From assembly GCA_963848965.1 (NCBI GenBank), contig CAWKFG010000004.1, positions 288,001 to 352,000 on the forward strand: DNA of 64,000 bases, read 5' to 3'. The notes below the pieces were generated by a model that saw nothing but the letters and a program-made list of their open reading frames with translations, made no database searches and had not been told where the DNA came from. Made by a program: the position numbers and the translations under genes. Source of the DNA: an uncultured bacterium. Its GTDB lineage: Bacteria; Babelota; Babeliae; Babelales; Babelaceae. Positions 58,238 to 64,000 of the stretch are shown piece by piece (position 1 is the first letter of the stretch; every line of letters begins with the position of its first letter).

Positions 58238-59656
58238 ATGGCGTCTGTAAATCTTCAAGCCATTGTTTTAGCTGCAGGTAAATCAACACGATTCAATACA
58301 AGTAAGACAAAACTCAGCTTTATGCTCTGCGGACAAGAGATGGTTTTGTATCCGCTTAAACTTCTCCTTCATCTTAATATAAGGCCACATCTTGTCTTGG
58401 GTTATCAAAAAGAGTATCTTTTGTCACTTTTGGACGAACACTCTCTGAATCTCACTTTTACTGAACAGCAAGAACAGAAAGGAACTGGTCATGCATTGTT
58501 ATGTACGCAAGAGCAATGGAGTGCAGATCATATCCTTGTCATGAATGGCGATATGCCGCTCCTTTCAGAGGGAGTTATTCAGTCTCTTATTGATCGTCAT
58601 AGAGAAAAAGATGCTACTATTTCGTTAGTTATAGCACATAATAGTGATCCTTCAGTAACAGGATATGGGCGCATTGTAAAGCAGCATGGACGTATCTCTA
58701 TTGTAGAAGCACGAGATTTTACAGGAGATACTACTGTTGATTGCTGTCTTAATGCAGGAATTTATATATTTAAACGATCATTTCTAGAAAAAACTTTGCC
58801 AAAGCTTCAGCATAACAGCACTAATGGTGAACTTTATATTACTGACCTTATAAAGATGGCAAGTGAAACAGATGAGCCCCTTGAGCTTGTATCAGCTCCT
58901 TTTGATTCTATACGAGGAGTAAACACATTGCAAGATCTTTGGATCGCTGAACAAATTAAGCGTGCTGATATTATTAAATTTTGGATGGCACAAGGAGTTC
59001 GTTTTACTGCACCTCAAACAACACACATTGACTATGGAGTAATTTTAGAGCCTGATACCACCATCAATACTGGTGTTCAATTGCGAGGTACTACCTCTGT
59101 TGGGCGTAACTGCTTTATTGATGCTTTCTCTGTTATTACCAACACACAATTACATGACAACGTTACCGTACACCCCCATTCTGTCATAAGTGATTCAGAG
59201 ATTCACAGAGATACACAAGTAGGACCGTTTGCTCATATTCATCATAAAAGTACTCTACAGGACAAGAGCATTATTGGCAACTTTGTAGAAGTCACCAGAA
59301 GCTCAATAGGCACCCAAAGTAAAGCAAAACATCTTGCTTACATTGGAGACGCTTTTATAGGCTCTCGAGTAAATGTAGGTGCAGGAGCTGTTGTGTGCAA
59401 TTATAATGGAGTAAGCAAACATCCTACCATTATAGAAGATGGTGCTGATATAGGAAGCAATAGCTCTCTTATTGCTCCTCTTACTGTTGGAAAAGAAAGT
59501 TTTATTGGCGCAGGCTCTGTTATTACAAAAAATGTACCTTCTCACGCCCTTACGCTGTCTCGGTCCGAACAGATTATTAAAGAGCAGTATGCACCAAAGC
59601 TTAAGGAAAAGTATAAAAAAGCAACTATTAAGCAGAGTGAGCAAGAAAACGCATGA
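58238..59656 (+). CDS. glmU: Bifunctional UDP-GlcNAc pyrophosphorylase / glucosamine-1-phosphate acetyltransferase
   Basis: Motifs LAAGKSTR, GTGHA, GYGRI, ELYITD, GNFVE, HLAYIGDA, NYNG and hexapeptide repeats. Confidence 0.95.
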   Translation: MASVNLQAIVLAAGKSTRFNTSKTKLSFMLCGQEMVLYPLKLLLHLNIRPHLVLGYQKEYLLSLLDEHSLNLTFTEQQEQKGTGHALLCTQEQWSADHILVMNGDMPLLSEGVIQSLIDRHREKDATISLVIAHNSDPSVTGYGRIVKQHGRISIVEARDFTGDTTVDCCLNAGIYIFKRSFLEKTLPKLQHNSTNGELYITDLIKMASETDEPLELVSAPFDSIRGVNTLQDLWIAEQIKRADIIKFWMAQGVRFTAPQTTHIDYGVILEPDTTINTGVQLRGTTSVGRNCFIDAFSVITNTQLHDNVTVHPHSVISDSEIHRDTQVGPFAHIHHKSTLQDKSIIGNFVEVTRSSIGTQSKAKHLAYIGDAFIGSRVNVGAGAVVCNYNGVSKHPTIIEDGADIGSNSSLIAPLTVGKESFIGAGSVITKNVPSHALTLSRSEQIIKEQYAPKLKEKYKKATIKQSEQENA

Positions 59657-60891
59657 TACGTTTTATTCATACAGCAGATATACACTTTGGTATGGAAAAT
59701 TATGGCAGAATAGACCCAAAATCTGGCATTCATTCGCGCCTTCTTGACTACGAAAAGGTACTTAACTTTTGCATAGATTATGCTATAGACCAGAATGTCG
59801 ATTGCTTTCTCTTTTCAGGAGATGCTTACAAAACGGCACATCCGACACCAACTCATCAGCGCCTCTTTTTACAGTGCCTTTTACGGCTTTATAAAGCAGG
59901 TATTCCTATTGTAATGGTAGTAGGTAACCACGACAATCCATTGAGTTTTGGCAAAGCTCATGCTCTTGAGGTTTTTGGGCAATTACCAGTAGATGGTTTT
60001 CATGTTATTTCTAAACCTTCAATATTACAGCTTAAAACAAAGAGCGGACTTCTACAAATTGTAGGTATTTCATGGCCTACCCGAAATACAGTATCTCTGA
60101 GTAATGCACATCTATCTACCTCTGCAACCGAAATTACGCAGTATATTAGTACAGGGGTAAGCAAAATTATAGAAGAGCTTGCACTGCAACTTGATCCAGA
60201 ATTACCTGCAGTACTTATGGGTCACCTTACTGTAAGTACAGGAATGTTTTCAGGCTCTGAAAAACGTGCTATTTATGGCACTGATCCTATTTTTCTACCT
60301 TCTCAACTTGCAATACCTCCCTTTGATTATGTAGCGTTAGGCCATCTGCATAGATTCCAAGATCTTAACGAGCGTGGTCATCCACCACTTGTCTACTCAG
60401 GCTCTTTAGAGCGTATTGACTTTGGAGAGCGCAAAGAAGAAAAAGGATTCTGTCTAGTAACGCTTGAAAATAAATATGAAACAACCTATGAGTTTATTAA
60501 AACCCCCACAAGACCGTTTATTCAAATAGAAGTGCGGTTATTTGACGACATTCTAAGTCAAACTGATCAGATCATCAATGAGATCACGCGTTATCCTATA
60601 GAAAACGCTGTTGTTAAGATTATCTATCATTTACCGCCAGGCAAAAAAGATCGTGTAGATCTTTCAGCACTACAAAAGGCTTGTGCAAGTGCCTGGTATA
60701 TAGCAGGTATTATACCATTACGTATGCCTGAAGCACGAGAACGCAGAGCTACACTTAAAGTAGACATGGATCTTTCACAGCTGCTTACTACCTACTTTGA
60801 TATGAAGCCTGAGTATAAGCTCATGAAAAAGACCCTCATAGATAAAGCTCTGCTTATTCAAGGAGAGCTTTTTGAAAAAGAGCATAATTAA
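59653..60891 (+). CDS. sbcD: Exonuclease SbcD (Mre11-like)
   Basis: Motifs HTADIHFG, GD, GNHD, YVALGHLH, YSGS. Confidence 0.9.
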   Translation: MIRFIHTADIHFGMENYGRIDPKSGIHSRLLDYEKVLNFCIDYAIDQNVDCFLFSGDAYKTAHPTPTHQRLFLQCLLRLYKAGIPIVMVVGNHDNPLSFGKAHALEVFGQLPVDGFHVISKPSILQLKTKSGLLQIVGISWPTRNTVSLSNAHLSTSATEITQYISTGVSKIIEELALQLDPELPAVLMGHLTVSTGMFSGSEKRAIYGTDPIFLPSQLAIPPFDYVALGHLHRFQDLNERGHPPLVYSGSLERIDFGERKEEKGFCLVTLENKYETTYEFIKTPTRPFIQIEVRLFDDILSQTDQIINEITRYPIENAVVKIIYHLPPGKKDRVDLSALQKACASAWYIAGIIPLRMPEARERRATLKVDMDLSQLLTTYFDMKPEYKLMKKTLIDKALLIQGELFEKEHN

Positions 60892-61862
60892 TGTACTACT
60901 ACACGAAAGAGAGCAATAATTTCAGCAAATATTTGTGCTCTTTTGGTCCATTCCTGAGCATCTGCTAGCTTATTTTCTTGGCAATATTTTTGAGCTTCTC
61001 GAGTAGTATATGCATACGAACGTTGAGCTTGTTGTAGAGCTGAAATTTGTCCTATTTTTACTATTAAAGGGTTTGCTCCAAATGCCAACAGAAGCTTGAT
61101 CGTTTCAAGGTGTTCAGGCCTAATAAACCAATTTTGTGCTATAACATAAAGCGCCGTGTCCCCTGTACCATTTAAAGCGTTAGGATTAGCTCCATGCTCA
61201 AGCAATAATTTAGTCATTTCTACACGTCCATAACTAGCAGCCCACGTTAAAGGTAAATAAGCAAAAGGTTGCTCCTTTGGGTCAGGAAAAACATGCATAT
61301 CTGCTCCATTGGCAAGACAGAGCTTTACCAGATCTATGTTTCCTAAATATGCCGCAATTCCTAAAAGATCATCACCCTTTTTAGTTTTAATACGTACAAG
61401 CTCTCTTATAAGCGCAGGTCTTTGAGCTAAGTCTTGAGCTATTTCATTAATAGCTGGCCATTGTTTAAGATAGTTGATAACATTCAATGCTCCTAAAGTT
61501 CCTATAGTATGTGCCATATCCTCTGTATCACTATCAAAGCGACGGGCCAAAGCATTTATCAAGGATGCATTAAGCACAAGCTTATCAGAAATCAAACCAG
61601 TAGTTATAGTATCATCATGCGCCTGTATATAAGCTTTAATGGTATCTATAACGGAACTTTTTTCATCCTTTGTAAGTCCAGCCCATCGCAATAGCGGTGT
61701 CAAAGAAGAACCTGTATGTTTTTGCTGCGCCAGCAAGAGAGCCACCTCTTGTTTAAGCTCAAAAGGTAAGATATGCAGAAAATTAGCCTCAGACTTTTCG
61801 CTCATAGCTATTACTGATAGAGGTATAAACAAAAGGGTTAGAAGAAGGCACACGAATCTCAT
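60888..61862 (-). CDS. Secreted F-box-like plus ankyrin protein
   Basis: ...SVIA|MSE; LHILPFELKQEV; three ankyrin repeats. Confidence 0.8.
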   Translation of the reverse strand: MRFVCLLLTLLFIPLSVIAMSEKSEANFLHILPFELKQEVALLLAQQKHTGSSLTPLLRWAGLTKDEKSSVIDTIKAYIQAHDDTITTGLISDKLVLNASLINALARRFDSDTEDMAHTIGTLGALNVINYLKQWPAINEIAQDLAQRPALIRELVRIKTKKGDDLLGIAAYLGNIDLVKLCLANGADMHVFPDPKEQPFAYLPLTWAASYGRVEMTKLLLEHGANPNALNGTGDTALYVIAQNWFIRPEHLETIKLLLAFGANPLIVKIGQISALQQAQRSYAYTTREAQKYCQENKLADAQEWTKRAQIFAEIIALFRVVVH

Positions 61863-62030
61863 TGTTATTCACACTTTCTTATAAGATTTGCTAGATTATA
61901 TGGCTACTATTATATCAAATTGAAATTTAAAATCAACTGTGACAATGTATAAAACATTGACTAAATAAGCATAAGCACATAGAATAAGAATAAGTTAACA
62001 ACGAAACAATTCTATTTACTATTTTCAACT

Positions 62031-63416
62031 ATGATGAAAAAATTTATACTCTTTGCTTTTACCCTCTCTTGTTCCTTTCTCTTTGCTATGTCACAAGAAC
62101 TACCAACTGTTCGCTCTATTCCTCGTTTAGACATGCTTGCAGCATATTACTTTGCAGATAAAATTAATGAACAATGTCTTACCTCCAATAAAACTTCATT
62201 AGAAGAAAAGATAAAAGATATCACTAACACCTTTCTAAATTCCCTTATTTTACCTCTTGCATGTATTAATCTTATTAAGCATGCCTTTTGTGCAAAATAT
62301 GGTGGTGGTGAAAAAGTACGCGCTTGCCATCTTGTAAGGGGTCACACAGGAGTCATAACTCATGTAGCAACTTCGCAAGATCTCATTGCTTCAGCAGCAA
62401 AACCACGTCAAAATATACTTTCTTGGAATCTTGATAACTCAATCCGTATATGGAATAGCGCAGGTACCTATTTACGTACTCTACAAGGACCTCAAGGAGG
62501 TACACTATCTCTTGCCTTCCTTGCCAATGGCAATCTTATTGCAGGCGGAATACGCGTTCTCCTGAATCGAGAAGAATTTAATAGATTTACTTCTATGCAA
62601 GAGAACGAACGAGCAAAAAACTATCCTTCTTTACTGCTGTTTGATGGTACTACAGGACAACTTTTAAAATCATGTGCAACTGAAAACCCTATTTACTCTT
62701 TAGCAGTACTTGAAAATGGTATTATTGCTGCTGGAAGTGTAGGAGGGCCACTCTATCTTTTTGATAGTACACTCAAACACATAAAGACTCTTAACGCCCA
62801 TCGAGACACAGTATTCAATCTAGCTACCTTGCCGCATAATCACCTTGCTTCTGCATCAGATGATGCTACAATACGCATTTGGAATATGAATAACGAGAAA
62901 GAATCATTGGTAAAAGAGATCAGAACAGATGGAGTAATCATGGGGCTTGATGCTTTGCCAAATGGGCATCTTGTAATACTATCACAATGGTTATCAGTTG
63001 AAATATGGGACTGGCAAAAGCCTTCAGATCACTGTATAGCAACTTTTGGTGTCACCGATATACCACGTACAACTTATTGGCCATTTGCAAGTAAAGTTTT
63101 CTTTCCAAACTGTGTGCGCGTGCTGCCAAATAGCTCTATAGCTCTTGGGTCAAAAAATACTTCCTTGTGTATACTAAGGTTTGATCAAACTAAAAATAGC
63201 ATCGAGTTTCTTCATAAGTATGAAGGACAAGGAGCACAGACAACAACTATTGCAGGACTTAGCAACGGCTTTATTGTCACCGGTTCTGAAGACAGCATAG
63301 TACGTATCTGGCGTCCAAAAACTTTCGAAGAAGAACTCTATACTTTTCTTATTAAACTGCAAGCACAAAAAGAACCTAGACTTACCAAATGCCTACGCCT
63401 TTTCAAGCTTGTATAA
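62031..63416 (+). CDS. Secreted WD40-repeat protein with BC-box-like N-terminal motif
   Basis: ...FLFA|MSQ; GH...IRIWN, AH...LASASDDATIRIWN, VTGSEDSIVRIW. Confidence 0.88.
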   Translation: MMKKFILFAFTLSCSFLFAMSQELPTVRSIPRLDMLAAYYFADKINEQCLTSNKTSLEEKIKDITNTFLNSLILPLACINLIKHAFCAKYGGGEKVRACHLVRGHTGVITHVATSQDLIASAAKPRQNILSWNLDNSIRIWNSAGTYLRTLQGPQGGTLSLAFLANGNLIAGGIRVLLNREEFNRFTSMQENERAKNYPSLLLFDGTTGQLLKSCATENPIYSLAVLENGIIAAGSVGGPLYLFDSTLKHIKTLNAHRDTVFNLATLPHNHLASASDDATIRIWNMNNEKESLVKEIRTDGVIMGLDALPNGHLVILSQWLSVEIWDWQKPSDHCIATFGVTDIPRTTYWPFASKVFFPNCVRVLPNSSIALGSKNTSLCILRFDQTKNSIEFLHKYEGQGAQTTTIAGLSNGFIVTGSEDSIVRIWRPKTFEEELYTFLIKLQAQKEPRLTKCLRLFKLV

Positions 63417-63444
63417 TCTCTTACTCATTAAAAGGCCATATCAT

Positions 63445-63855
63445 CTATACTCTTACTATACCACAGCAAAAAAGATAGAGCAGCATATTTGCTGCTGTAA
63501 AACCAAGAAAGTGTCCATAACTCTTAATACGGCCATGACAACACATATACAGTAAACAGATAAAGGCACATATCGACGCATGTGGTGCTTGAGATGTTCG
63601 CATAAGGGAGCTTACTGTCAAACTAGAAATTAACGGAATGACTCCTAATTTTATTCCGATCATAAATTTATCAAACTCGTTACCCTCTGCTAAAACACGC
63701 CTTTCTAAGTCGTCAAAGAAGCGCCTTTCCTCTGTATCAACAGAAGCTACAAGAGTAGGAAGCCGGTTGTCAGATTCAAAGTGCCCACCATATGCTTGTA
63801 AACTGTATAGTATAATAGACAAAAACGTAACCCTACTTATTAACGAGAGTACCAT
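63445..63855 (-). CDS. Small exported membrane hypothetical protein
   Basis: Signal peptide and three hydrophobic segments; GGGGGA RBS. Confidence 0.6.
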   Translation of the reverse strand: MVLSLISRVTFLSIILYSLQAYGGHFESDNRLPTLVASVDTEERRFFDDLERRVLAEGNEFDKFMIGIKLGVIPLISSLTVSSLMRTSQAPHASICAFICLLYMCCHGRIKSYGHFLGFTAANMLLYLFCCGIVRV

Positions 63856-63871
63856 AGATCCCCCTTCTGTC

Positions 63872-64000
63872 TTATGCTGCAGGAGCAGATCCCTTAGAAG
63901 TATCTGTATATTTTATACGAGCGGAAGCAAAAAGATTTTTTTTGTAGTCTTCAAAGGCTCCTTCATATTTGCTTTTTCCTAGAATCGCTGAAATTTCCTT
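63872..64000 (-). CDS. C-terminal fragment of a CDS running off the window (SurA/PrsA-like tail possible)
   Basis: Open frame KEISAILGKSKYEGAFEDYKKNLFASARIKYTDTSKGSAPAA*; family guess is weak. Confidence 0.4.
   Translation of the reverse strand, partial: KEISAILGKSKYEGAFEDYKKNLFASARIKYTDTSKGSAPAA

Overview
AT-rich bacterial chromosomal segment. The mix of a lean housekeeping set with many signal-peptide ankyrin/F-box-like/RING/MYND/WD40 proteins suggests an obligate intracellular parasite of protists, most likely Candidatus Dependentiae/Babelota (TM6). This taxonomic call is inference only. Core genes include a cysK-like gene, uppS, gpsA, PBP1A, murG, a dciA-like gene, an mgtA-like ATPase, holB, tmk, rsmA, mreB, glmU, sbcD, RNase P RNA and tRNA-Ser(CGA). 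Five things stand out. (1) An ~18 kb cluster (11.5-29.7 kb) of 15 glycan-building or decorating enzymes: 7 GT4-like, 3 DxD GT32-like, 2 sulfotransferases and 3 methyltransferases, one of them plant DUF579-like. Essentially all carry N-terminal signal peptides although their donors are cytosolic, and the GT4 paralogs show recent sequence exchange. (2) A tnpB-only IS200/IS605 element encoding a 310-aa TnpB with an intact D-E-D triad, plus an orphan copy of its right end/omegaRNA 43 kb away that would carry a different guide. (3) Eight effector-like proteins whose predicted signal cleavage exposes a new Met (ME/MQ/MS); several carry ubiquitin-ligase-mimic motifs. (4) An archease-rtcB(-thpR) RNA repair cluster. 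(5) A doubly inactivated hicA next to an intact hicB, and an ISKra4-like relic.
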